A stretch of DNA of 32,000 nucleotides. Origin: Candidatus Saccharimonadota bacterium. GTDB lineage: Bacteria; Patescibacteriota; Microgenomatia; UBA1406; GWC2-37-13. Location of the stretch: contig CP065004.1 of assembly GCA_016700135.1 (NCBI GenBank), forward strand, positions 330,001 through 362,000. The letters run 5' to 3'. Shown here piece after piece: positions 9,377-17,439 of the stretch. The position numbers and the translations under genes are program-made. The notes under the pieces were generated by a model. That model was not told where the DNA came from. It ran no database searches and saw only the letters and a program-made list of their open reading frames with translations. The stretch's first letter is position 1; the number at the start of each line of letters is the position of its first letter.

Positions 9377-9903
9377 TCAAACACTCAATCCATCAATTTC
9401 TTTTACTGCCAGCTGGAGTCTTTCCTGCTCATTTCCTTTAACTACTATATACTTTTTCTTTTCCTTTGTTAGTTCATCGATAAAGCGTTCATGCATCCAG
9501 TGACGGCTGTCTTCCCCTACACGGATCTCATCCTGTGAAAACGGAGTATCCGGATCAGTGAGAATGTAGAGGTGATAATTTCTGTCTTTGTACTGTTTTT
9601 GAACGTCTTCAGATACGGTTCCCAGATATTTTTCATGCCATATCCCCGTCGCAAACGCATCGGTGTCACAAATCAGAACATCATTTGCATCTTTTTCCAG
9701 AGCATCTTCAAATGCATTTTGTTGTTTTGCAATATGCACAAACTCCCATGTTTCCCATTCTTCCTGTTTTGCATAGATACGACCTTCGGTATATGTCCTT
9801 CCATACTCCGGCACCCAGCATGTTTGGTAATGTTTGGCAAGAGCGACAGCAAGCGTCGTTTTGCCTGTGGATTCAGCGCCTACAATAGAGATTTTTTGAT
9901 CAT
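9377..9903 (-). CDS. NadR-type (ribosylnicotinamide-kinase-like) AAA ATPase with frameshifted start
   Basis: The frame stays open upstream of the track's GTG start and encodes ISIVGAESTGKTTLAVALAKHY (Walker A). The only ATG (9901-9903) is out of frame. One extra A in the A6 run would give MIKKISIVGAESTGKTT.... Confidence 0.65.
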
Positions 9904-9913
9904 ATGAGGTTAC

Positions 9914-10876
9914 TTAAACACCCGGAAGGAGTGCTCCTTTATGCAGATAAATTTCCGTTGCAAGAAAAAGGATATACATACCAAGCAGTGCCAATCCCTC
10001 AAGACGGGTGATGGTGTTTTTTGTTCTCGCGAAGTAGAAAAAGGCAAACAGACCTACGATGAGGAATAACAGACTCACAAGGTAACTGTTTGTAAGCTGT
10101 ACTGGTTTGCCATATAGGAGCGTCAAAATACCGAAAAGAAACGTATTAAAGGCGGCTGATCCGACATAATCACCGAATGCTACCTGATTGTTCGGAATGA
10201 AAACTGACCGTACGACAAACGATAGTTCCGGAATATTCGTTCCTACCGCAATAAGAAGGAGACTGATAAAGAAAGGTGACACATTCATAAGTTGTGAGAA
10301 ATATACCGTTTGATTAACAATGAACCGGCTTGCTACAAAGATGATCGCAAGCCCAAACAATATTCGCAGAATCTCTTTTCCGACACGAATGGAAGACTTT
10401 GCATTAATTGATTTAATTTTTTCTAAAAGACTTCGTTTCGTCTGGATGACAACGATCAGGATTGCAAAGAGGACAAGTGCGATATATGCGTCCGTTTGTC
10501 CCACTCTTCCGTCCATTGCGACTATGACAGGTAATGCTATCACAACAAGGGATGCCGGCAGATTGAAACCGCGGAATTCTGGTTGAATCCTTATTTTGTT
10601 GCCCGTTATGGCAAGGAGCGGAATAATAAGCATGAATATGACAATCGTCGCTCCGATCAGATTTCCGACATAAATTTCCGGATCATTTTCGAAAATTGAG
10701 TTTATCCCGACTGATAATTCTCCGATTGATGTGAAGCACCCCAATACTACAAATGATACGACAAAGGATGAGACACGAAGAATTTTAGAAAGCCTTTCCA
10801 CAGAACCGATTGCAAGGCCTGAACCGATCCATATGCCGACAAAGGATAATGCGTAAATGATGATATGAGACAGCAT
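9914..10876 (-). CDS. Na+/Ca2+ exchanger (CaCA family) membrane protein
   Basis: 320 aa and polytopic. The two alpha-repeats are SIGELSVGINS and AVGTNIPELSF. Confidence 0.8.
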   Translation of the reverse strand: MLSHIIIYALSFVGIWIGSGLAIGSVERLSKILRVSSFVVSFVVLGCFTSIGELSVGINSIFENDPEIYVGNLIGATIVIFMLIIPLLAITGNKIRIQPEFRGFNLPASLVVIALPVIVAMDGRVGQTDAYIALVLFAILIVVIQTKRSLLEKIKSINAKSSIRVGKEILRILFGLAIIFVASRFIVNQTVYFSQLMNVSPFFISLLLIAVGTNIPELSFVVRSVFIPNNQVAFGDYVGSAAFNTFLFGILTLLYGKPVQLTNSYLVSLLFLIVGLFAFFYFARTKNTITRLEGLALLGMYILFLATEIYLHKGALLPGV

Positions 10877-10983
10877 AGTATAAGCCTAGCAAAAGACAAA
10901 AGGTTTTTCTACTCAGGAAGGTAATTTGACGGAAATGCTTATCAATTTTTCTGTCTGAATAAATCTTAAACGTGACAGATACA

Positions 10984-11268
10984 TCATTTACGAAGGAATA
11001 ATCCTCTCTCTCTTAATCGCTCTTTTAATAACCGGAGTGCCCTCGGTCCGAATCCGTGAAGTTCCAGGAGTTGTTCCTCTGTATAGTTTGTAAGTTGTGA
11101 AAGCTGAGTAATCCCGATACTGTCTAACGCTCGGAATGCGGGTGCTCCGATTTTAGGAAATTCTTCACCGTATTTTTCAGACATTTCGTTTTGAGAACAG
11201 ATCGGACAGACAGGACATGAACTCGTTTTTTCGAATGTATGCCCGTTTTTGCAGGTCTGAATTGCCAT
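10984..11268 (-). CDS. zinc-ribbon plus helix-hairpin-helix small protein
   Basis: It has CKNGH...CPVCPIC at the N-terminus and the HhH-like LELHGFGPRALRLLKERL at the C-terminus. Confidence 0.55.
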   Translation of the reverse strand: MAIQTCKNGHTFEKTSSCPVCPICSQNEMSEKYGEEFPKIGAPAFRALDSIGITQLSQLTNYTEEQLLELHGFGPRALRLLKERLRERGLFLRK

Positions 11269-11351
11269 GAAAAAAGTATACCAAAAAGCTGCTGAACTTC
11301 ATCAATTTATTTCACGAGGAAGACCAAATGTGTTATGTCCAACAATGAAGA

Positions 11352-13031
11352 TTATTGTCCGTACCTTTTTTTGAGCGTATCACCCGGCTTTACCTCACTG
11401 TTTGCTCTAATACCGCCGCCGGATTCATCCCAGGTTTCTTTATTTGATTCCCAACTGCCACCCGTGTCCGTAACATAGGATCTATAATCTGCTTCGTTAT
11501 AAAATGCCATTTTGACACTCCCCATATTTCCGCTATCATATTTGACTAAATCATAATACACATAGACAATTCTGCCGTTTTCATCTGTTGTTTTGACATC
11601 AGGTTCTCCTAATTTTTCAGTCACTAGGGCAATATTTTTGAAATCACCGTCTTCGTCCATTTCGTTGTACTCACTTATGGGCATTGCATCACCACCTGAT
11701 TGTGAATCTCCTTCTTTTGAACCGGACTTTTTGTACAAAAAACCCCAGGGAGCAATTCCCCCCATATATTTTTCTCCGGGTTGTATTACTTCGTCGCCTA
11801 TACGCATTTCGGTTAATAAGAGGTCATTCTCTCCAACCTTAAATTCGAAATAACCCTTCGATTCATCCTCCCCGAATATTTTGATTCGATCACCTTCCTG
11901 TGTCCATTTTTTAAAGTTACCGCCGTTTACCGTACCGTCCTCATTCAAAACAAAATCAAACTCAATTCTTTGTTTTTCTTCATTTCCTCCTGATATACTC
12001 TCCACCGTCCCTTCCCATGCTGTATTCGCTAGACTTTTTTTCTCTGACTTTTTTTCGGATTCTTCAACGGATTTAGTGTTGACTTCACTTTCTTTCTTTC
12101 CTTTATTTTCATTAGACGAACTTACCAAAAACTCTTTCACCTCTTCTTCCGTCATCGGCTCATATTTTTTGTTAAGGCTTTGCAACCACGCCTCAACCTC
12201 AGCTTTTTCTATTTCGGCAACCGTCACTGTTCCCGGGTATTTGGCCTGGCGGATACGTTGAAACGGGGGGTGGTACTCAAAAGTAGTCAAATCAACACCG
12301 ACGACTTTTCCTTCCTGTGCGGTTTCCCTAAACTGTTCCAGTCCGACCATGACGCTATCGAACTTTCCGTATGCATTACCGAGATTACCTGGAACATTGG
12401 TTATCGTTATGACACTGGCGATAGGTTCCGTCACGGTTCTGACATCTTTCACGATAGAAGAGATTTTGTTTCTATCACCGAATGCTATTTGTGCTCCGTC
12501 CTCTGTAACTTCCAAAGCAAGATCCACACCCACAACAACTGTTCCTGCTTGAGCTATCGTACCGGCAGCAGCAAGCCCTGCCGTGCCACCGGTCAAGACT
12601 ACACCCCCCACAAAACCGACAACCTTGCAGCCGTCTTTGACCACGATCGCTTTATGTTCCAGATTTTCAAATGCGTCTCCCTCTTCAATAAAAACTTCCG
12701 CAGTTGTTTCATCTTGAGCTTGATTTAAAATGAGCTGAGCCCGTTTGGCATCTACTCCCAAGTGCTTGGCGAGCGTTGCAATACCTTTAAATTTCGGCGC
12801 TTTGTCATAGATATCCGTAACTTCTTTTGAAGTATACGCATAAACAGTACCGATCAGTCGCCGATTTACCGCCAGTTCGTCTGCCTTTTTGCCGGCTGTT
12901 GTTTCCATTTCATGTACTTGCTTTTCCAAATCACTCCAATCGTGTATCAAAGCAGTCATCTCGTCGTCCCAGGTCTGATAGTCGGGATAGTTTTCGGCAT
13001 TTATGAGGAGATTGTCTGTACGATTGCGCAA
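11352..13031 (-). CDS. large orphan protein, N-terminal membrane anchor cut off by the IS
   Basis: The 559-aa ORF has a TTG start in the track. The same frame stays open to 13163 and encodes a TM helix (LKILLFISLFIAIIIAGYFIFFY) with no start codon. It ends at a stop inside the IS inverted repeat. Confidence 0.6.
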   Translation of the reverse strand: MRNRTDNLLINAENYPDYQTWDDEMTALIHDWSDLEKQVHEMETTAGKKADELAVNRRLIGTVYAYTSKEVTDIYDKAPKFKGIATLAKHLGVDAKRAQLILNQAQDETTAEVFIEEGDAFENLEHKAIVVKDGCKVVGFVGGVVLTGGTAGLAAAGTIAQAGTVVVGVDLALEVTEDGAQIAFGDRNKISSIVKDVRTVTEPIASVITITNVPGNLGNAYGKFDSVMVGLEQFRETAQEGKVVGVDLTTFEYHPPFQRIRQAKYPGTVTVAEIEKAEVEAWLQSLNKKYEPMTEEEVKEFLVSSSNENKGKKESEVNTKSVEESEKKSEKKSLANTAWEGTVESISGGNEEKQRIEFDFVLNEDGTVNGGNFKKWTQEGDRIKIFGEDESKGYFEFKVGENDLLLTEMRIGDEVIQPGEKYMGGIAPWGFLYKKSGSKEGDSQSGGDAMPISEYNEMDEDGDFKNIALVTEKLGEPDVKTTDENGRIVYVYYDLVKYDSGNMGSVKMAFYNEADYRSYVTDTGGSWESNKETWDESGGGIRANSEVKPGDTLKKRYGQ

Positions 13032-13163
13032 CCACAGGTACTCTTTTGATAGATCATACGTCGATTCTAAAATCTGCTGTTCTGTCTTGTTTGAATAAAA
13101 GAAAATAAAATACCCTGCGATGATAATCGCGATGAAGAGAGAAATAAAGAGAAGAATTTTTAA

Positions 13164-13878
13164 GGCTCTAGACTAGCAGAGTAGTGCTAAACTAGAGGTA
13201 TGGTTTGTAACAATAGGCCGATATCAAAATACAAGAGAAAAAAGATACTATGGTGTTTTGCACACGATCTGAGTGCTACACAGACCTCTGGTATTTTGGG
13301 TCTCAACCGCAATACAGTCAACAAATATTACAATAATATTCGTCAACTCATATATCATCACCAAGTGCACCAGATGCAACGATATGTTGGTGGTGAGATA
13401 GAAATTGATGAATCATACTTTGGACCTCGAAGGATGAGAGGCAAGTCAAGTAAAAGAGGTCGTGGGACGTCATTTAAGCAGGTAGTATTTGGGATATATG
13501 AGCGTCAAGGACGTGTATTTACTCGTATCATTCCAAACTGTAAAAGAAGAACGCTACATGCTGTTATGAAGGGAAAGATTGACTTGAACAGTACTGTATA
13601 TTCAGATTCGTGGAGCGGATACAACGGACTTGTTGATGTCGGGTATGACAAACATTTGAGAATCAATCACAAGAAAAATGAGTTCTCAAATACAAAAGGG
13701 GTCCATATCAATGGCATAGAGTCATTCTGGTCCTTTTGTAAAAGACGTCTCGTTAAGTTCAATGGTGTAAAGAAAAACTTTCCATTACACTTGAAAGAGT
13801 GTGAATGGAGATGGAGCAAATCCCCATCGATCCTTTACAATGAACTATTACAAATTGTTAATGTGCTAGTCTAGAGCC
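13164..13878 (+). mobile_element. IS1595-family insertion sequence (IS1016-group size), 715 bp
   Basis: It has perfect 15-bp terminal inverted repeats: GGCTCTAGACTAGCA (13164-13178) and TGCTAGTCTAGAGCC (13864-13878). It holds a single transposase ORF whose stop lies in the right repeat. Confidence 0.85.
13200..13874 (+). CDS. IS1595-family (ISXO2-like DDE) transposase
   Basis: 224 aa, with an N-terminal HTH (LSATQTSGILGLNRNTVNKY). The DDE-region strings are GGEIEIDESYFG, VVFGIYERQG, VYSDSWSGY and HINGIESFW. Confidence 0.85.
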   Translation: MVCNNRPISKYKRKKILWCFAHDLSATQTSGILGLNRNTVNKYYNNIRQLIYHHQVHQMQRYVGGEIEIDESYFGPRRMRGKSSKRGRGTSFKQVVFGIYERQGRVFTRIIPNCKRRTLHAVMKGKIDLNSTVYSDSWSGYNGLVDVGYDKHLRINHKKNEFSNTKGVHINGIESFWSFCKRRLVKFNGVKKNFPLHLKECEWRWSKSPSILYNELLQIVNVLV

Positions 13879-14059
13879 ATGTAAATTAATTTTCCCATTC
13901 TTTACATTATAGCGGGTGATTTCTTGTTATTTAGGTTTTGAAATAAAAAAGAGTTGGCTCGAACGATGGTATGTTTTCAGAAGAACAGACTGGGCAACTG
14001 AGCTGGAATACCCTGAATTTACCAACAAGGAAGTCAACCGTTTTCTTAACTTCTAAGCC

Positions 14060-14617
14060 TTACTCCTTACAGCAATCAATCGCTTTTTGCACCAACTGAC
14101 CCAGCTTCTCAAAGATGCCTGTCGAACCTTTAACTGAAGGCTTTGGATCTTCGCTGACAAAAGCAACCTCTTTTGAATCGGTATGCTTTATGTCCTTGGT
14201 CTGCACTAAGCCCAGATTTAATCCCCAGAACAAGCTATAAAGCTGGTAGGACTTCTGGAACATATCCTCAGCATCACCTTTGTCACCCTTGGTAAGCGCC
14301 TTTGTGCCAACCTCCATAAAACGCATCGAGGCAGCCAGTAAGTGTTTACTGATACACCAGACCTCTCCCTCATAGTCTTTGATAATCCGCTTCAAGGTGC
14401 TTTTTCGCATCTCTCGAATCTCGTTTAAAAGATCAAGATATTTAGGATCTTTGGTTTTGTTGTAGGAAAAGAAGAAATGCTCCTCCATTGAAATTAGGTT
14501 CATAATACCAATAGAAAGATCTTCGTCTGATGAAAGATCGAGTTTTTCTCCCCTCTCCATCTTTTTAACCTTGTCCATAAACTCGTTAATGTCAGGCTGA
14601 ATTTGTTTGTTTTTCAT
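14060..14617 (-). CDS. hypothetical protein with C-terminal CC pair (last gene of the ArsR operon)
   Basis: The ATG at 14615-14617 is preceded by AGGAGGTGA, directly after the upstream stop codon. The protein ends ...KAIDCCKE. Confidence 0.6.
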   Translation of the reverse strand: MKNKQIQPDINEFMDKVKKMERGEKLDLSSDEDLSIGIMNLISMEEHFFFSYNKTKDPKYLDLLNEIREMRKSTLKRIIKDYEGEVWCISKHLLAASMRFMEVGTKALTKGDKGDAEDMFQKSYQLYSLFWGLNLGLVQTKDIKHTDSKEVAFVSEDPKPSVKGSTGIFEKLGQLVQKAIDCCKE

Positions 14618-14630
14618 AGTTTCACCTCCT

Positions 14631-15140
14631 TTAACTGGTAATAAGATAAAAGACAAAACTGGCAAGCGACAAGAGAAACACTGGGATAATCACTTTTTGA
14701 TAGTAAACATACACCTTGCCACCATTAGTTGTTCTCAGCCACTTATCCAGCCAGACACCGCCAAGAAAAATAACTGAGCCAATCACTGTTCCCAGTAACA
14801 CCTTATCAACTCCCCATAAGGTGTTGCCAGGAAGACCAATCATCTTGCTCCAATACAAGGGCGGTATGACAAACAAAAAGAATAGCCCAACAGAAACTGC
14901 CTCTTTATATGGCACTTTCCACCCTTTCTTACCAATCCAATCAGCAAGCCATAAACCGCTGGATAGAATCAGCCCGCCAACCCAAATACCCGTCACACTA
15001 TCATCAATACCAATCCAGCGAGAAATACCAAGTCCCGCTCCTACCGCTACCGTGCAGACAGGACAGACCGCATGAGCCTGCGTAACTGTCATCAGGAAAG
15101 CTATGAGCATGGCAAACACACTTAAAAGCAGTTTCATCAT
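14631..15140 (-). CDS. polytopic membrane protein with signal peptide and CPVC motif
   Basis: MMKLLLSVFAMLIAFLMTVTQAHA is followed by VCPVCTVAVG and then about 4 TM segments. An AAGGAGG SD lies upstream. Confidence 0.65.
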   Translation of the reverse strand: MMKLLLSVFAMLIAFLMTVTQAHAVCPVCTVAVGAGLGISRWIGIDDSVTGIWVGGLILSSGLWLADWIGKKGWKVPYKEAVSVGLFFLFVIPPLYWSKMIGLPGNTLWGVDKVLLGTVIGSVIFLGGVWLDKWLRTTNGGKVYVYYQKVIIPVFLLSLASFVFYLITS

Positions 15141-15604
15141 TCAGCCTCCTTTCCAGACTCGGTTGCCTCATTACTGCCAGACAAACCAGCTTTATCGCTT
15201 AAATAGCCAACAATATCAGGCGTGCCAATAAGACACTTGCCTTCAGGAGTAAAAAGAAACGGCACACCGATTGAAGAGGTGTCCAGACCGCAGCTTTCTG
15301 CCGCTTGGGACAACTCCAGAGAATTGGCTCGGTTGTCATACACTTCTTTTTTAACAACTTCAATTTTCTCTTCAATCTTATTCTCCTGCATCCATTTCTC
15401 AACATCGGCGCAGTGCGGGCAGGTATTACCATAGAAGAAAATAGGCATTTGGATGCTGAGAGCGGGAGTCGCTGAAGAAGCAGCCCCTGAAGGCTGCTGT
15501 GTGGCTTGTGTGTCAGCTTTTCTGCCCTTACTACCTAAAACCACTGCAGTAAGCAGACCAACGATAACCAGGATGATAGCGATAGTAAAAATAGCTTGTT
15601 TCAT
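15137..15604 (-). CDS. membrane-anchored glutaredoxin/thioredoxin-like protein (CPHC)
   Basis: It has an N-terminal TM anchor, a linker, then IFFYGNTCPHCADVEKW, a Grx/Trx-fold active site. Confidence 0.7.
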   Translation of the reverse strand: MKQAIFTIAIILVIVGLLTAVVLGSKGRKADTQATQQPSGAASSATPALSIQMPIFFYGNTCPHCADVEKWMQENKIEEKIEVVKKEVYDNRANSLELSQAAESCGLDTSSIGVPFLFTPEGKCLIGTPDIVGYLSDKAGLSGSNEATESGKEAE

Positions 15605-15606
15605 AC

Positions 15607-16587
15607 TTATAAAATCCAGTTAAATAAATAACCCATGACCATAATGCCGATGATTGTAATTCCGAAAAATAAAGTCAATAGTTCCCATTTCATGACTTTT
15701 TTTAAAATCATCGCTTGAGGGATAGAAACAGTCACAATCGCCGTCATAAAAGCCAGCGCTGTTCCCAGAGGCACACCCTTAAGGACTAAAGCCTCCATTA
15801 CAGGAATAACACTAACCGAATTAGCATACAAAGGAGACCCAAAAAGTGTTGCTAAAGGAACTGTCCACCAAGTTTCGACTGCCAAGTATTGTTCCACCAG
15901 ATGGGCAGGGACGAAACCATGAATCAAAGCTCCGATACCAACCCCCAAGACCACATAAGGAAACACTTCTTTGGTAATTGCCATGCCGTCTTTCCAAAAA
16001 TAACCCAGGAGTTCTTTGGGGGGTAATGCCAATCCTCCATGTTCTTCCTCGACTTGTTTTCTGGATTTAAACTTCAATAGTTCTTGTTTGACATATTTTT
16101 CAACTCGCAACCGATGAACTAACATTCCTCCCAGAACTGCCACAGCAATACCAACCAGGTTATATAAAACAGTTACCTTCATACCAAACATTGCAGGAAA
16201 CAGATATAAAGAGGACTCATTAACCAGTGGAGAGCTGATCAGGAAGGCAAAAGTCACCCCCAAAGGGATTCCTGCACCCACAAAGCCAATAAAAAGCGGT
16301 ATAGAAGAGCAGGAGCAAAACGGAGTGATAACACCCAGTGCGGCAGCAAATAGATAATCCAACCCAAACCAGCGTCTTTTGGTAAGCATATCCCGCACTT
16401 TCTCCATCGGGAAATAGTAGCGGGTAATCGCCATGAAGTAGTTGATAACCACCAAAAGCAATCCGATTTTTAGAACATCATAAATGAAGAAATTGACAGC
16501 ACTGCCCAAATAAGACTGCCTGCCTAAATTGAGCCACCCGTAGGTGGCAAGATCAGCAAAAAGTTGTAAGGGTCTAAAAATATCCAT
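15607..16587 (-). CDS. ArsP-like permease (DUF318 family)
   Basis: 326 aa and polytopic. The ITPFCSCSSIP motif matches the vicinal Cys pair described for the ArsP organoarsenical efflux permease. It sits in the usual arsR / Trx-like / permease context. Confidence 0.8.
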   Translation of the reverse strand: MDIFRPLQLFADLATYGWLNLGRQSYLGSAVNFFIYDVLKIGLLLVVINYFMAITRYYFPMEKVRDMLTKRRWFGLDYLFAAALGVITPFCSCSSIPLFIGFVGAGIPLGVTFAFLISSPLVNESSLYLFPAMFGMKVTVLYNLVGIAVAVLGGMLVHRLRVEKYVKQELLKFKSRKQVEEEHGGLALPPKELLGYFWKDGMAITKEVFPYVVLGVGIGALIHGFVPAHLVEQYLAVETWWTVPLATLFGSPLYANSVSVIPVMEALVLKGVPLGTALAFMTAIVTVSIPQAMILKKVMKWELLTLFFGITIIGIMVMGYLFNWIL

Positions 16588-16590
16588 AAA

Positions 16591-16833
16591 TTACTTCTGC
16601 GCCTCCTTAAGAAGACTCTTAACTTTCTCTACATCGGGTAAGAAACCAACCATGACAGGCTTTCCGTCAACGGCAAGAACAGGGCTGGACATTACTCCCA
16701 TTTCAATGATCTTTGAGACATCGGTAATATACTCAACCTCCTCGTTAAGATTGAGCTCTTTGACCGCTTGCTGAGTTAGTTCATACAGCTTCTTGCAAGT
16801 AGGACAGCCTGAACCTAAGACTTGGATTTTCAT
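16591..16833 (-). CDS. thioredoxin-family redox-active disulfide protein 2 type (CPTC)
   Basis: 80 aa. MKIQVLGSGCPTCKKL...SPVLAVDGK is the classic small thioredoxin-like partner of DUF318 permeases. Confidence 0.8.
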   Translation of the reverse strand: MKIQVLGSGCPTCKKLYELTQQAVKELNLNEEVEYITDVSKIIEMGVMSSPVLAVDGKPVMVGFLPDVEKVKSLLKEAQK

Positions 16834-17153
16834 AAAGCCACCCCCTTTTCAGAAATCTTAAATAACAAATTGGTAATCTGCTTGCCTTTATCGGTAAGCG
16901 AGTAATACACCCGCAAACCCTGCTTGTTGTCCGTAACAACACCAGCATCCTTTAAATCCTTGAGGTGATGGGAAATCAGGCTCTGGGACATATCTACATG
17001 CTCCATCAGCTCACACACACAATGCTCCCCTCGGCGAAGAATGCACAAGAGCTTTAAACGGCTTTCCTCGGACACCAACTTAAGAAGTGAGGATAACGAC
17101 TCGACTTGTTTTGATTCCTTACTTGATGGTGAGCAACAACTGTATGAACCCAT
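16830..17153 (-). CDS. arsR: ArsR/SmtB-family metalloregulator (As(III)-type CVC site)
   Basis: It has the HCVCELMEHV...SQSLISHHLKDLKDAGVV winged HTH. The track's TTG start (17189) is part of a -35 hexamer. I prefer ATG 17151-17153 (or 17157-17159), and the transcript may be leaderless. Confidence 0.85.
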   Translation of the reverse strand: MGSYSCCSPSSKESKQVESLSSLLKLVSEESRLKLLCILRRGEHCVCELMEHVDMSQSLISHHLKDLKDAGVVTDNKQGLRVYYSLTDKGKQITNLLFKISEKGVAL

Positions 17154-17155
17154 GT

Positions 17156-17189
17156 TCATATTATATGAAAGCAGTTGATGAAAAGTCAA
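17156..17189 (-). promoter_or_regulatory. arsR promoter TTGACT-N18-TATAAT with operator palindrome over the -10
   Basis: On the minus strand the -35 is at 17184-17189 and the -10 at 17160-17165. The inverted repeat TCATAT-N-ATATGA (17156-17168) encloses the -10. Confidence 0.55.
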
Positions 17190-17252
17190 CGGGAAAGAAT
17201 CAAGAAACCCTATTACTTTTTCTCCTTAGTTTTAGTATACTTTTGTTGAGGT

Positions 17253-17438
17253 ATGCCGAAGAAAAACACGACATTGCCAAAGTTGCTAACAATAAAACAG
17301 GCTTCAGAGATCCTGAATGTGCATGTGGAGACTTTAAGGCGTTGGGACAAGCGCGGGAAACTCAAAGCCATAAGGGTAAACGAGCGAGGAGACAGGCGCT
17401 ATCGACCAGAAGACATAGAAAAATTAATGAAAATATAA
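17253..17438 (+). CDS. excisionase/MerR-type HTH DNA-binding protein (61 aa)
   Basis: LLTIKQASEILNVHVETLRRWDKRGKL is the HTH_17/excisionase signature. Its stop lies 1 nt before the res start. Confidence 0.7.
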   Translation: MPKKNTTLPKLLTIKQASEILNVHVETLRRWDKRGKLKAIRVNERGDRRYRPEDIEKLMKI

Positions 17439-17439
17439 T

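Noticed and set aside
13156-13886. Target-site duplication flanking the IS
   Set aside because: The 8-bp flanks ATTTTTAA and ATGTAAAT match at only 4 of 8 positions, and no other direct repeat abuts the inverted repeats.
13955-14020. tRNA-like look of GGCTCGAACGATGG...CTGAGCTGGAATACCC (minus strand GGGTATTCCAGCTCAGTTG...GTTCGAGCC)
   Set aside because: I could not fold it into a cloverleaf. There is no complementary acceptor or D stem, so it gives no convincing tRNA or att copy of tRNA-Asn.
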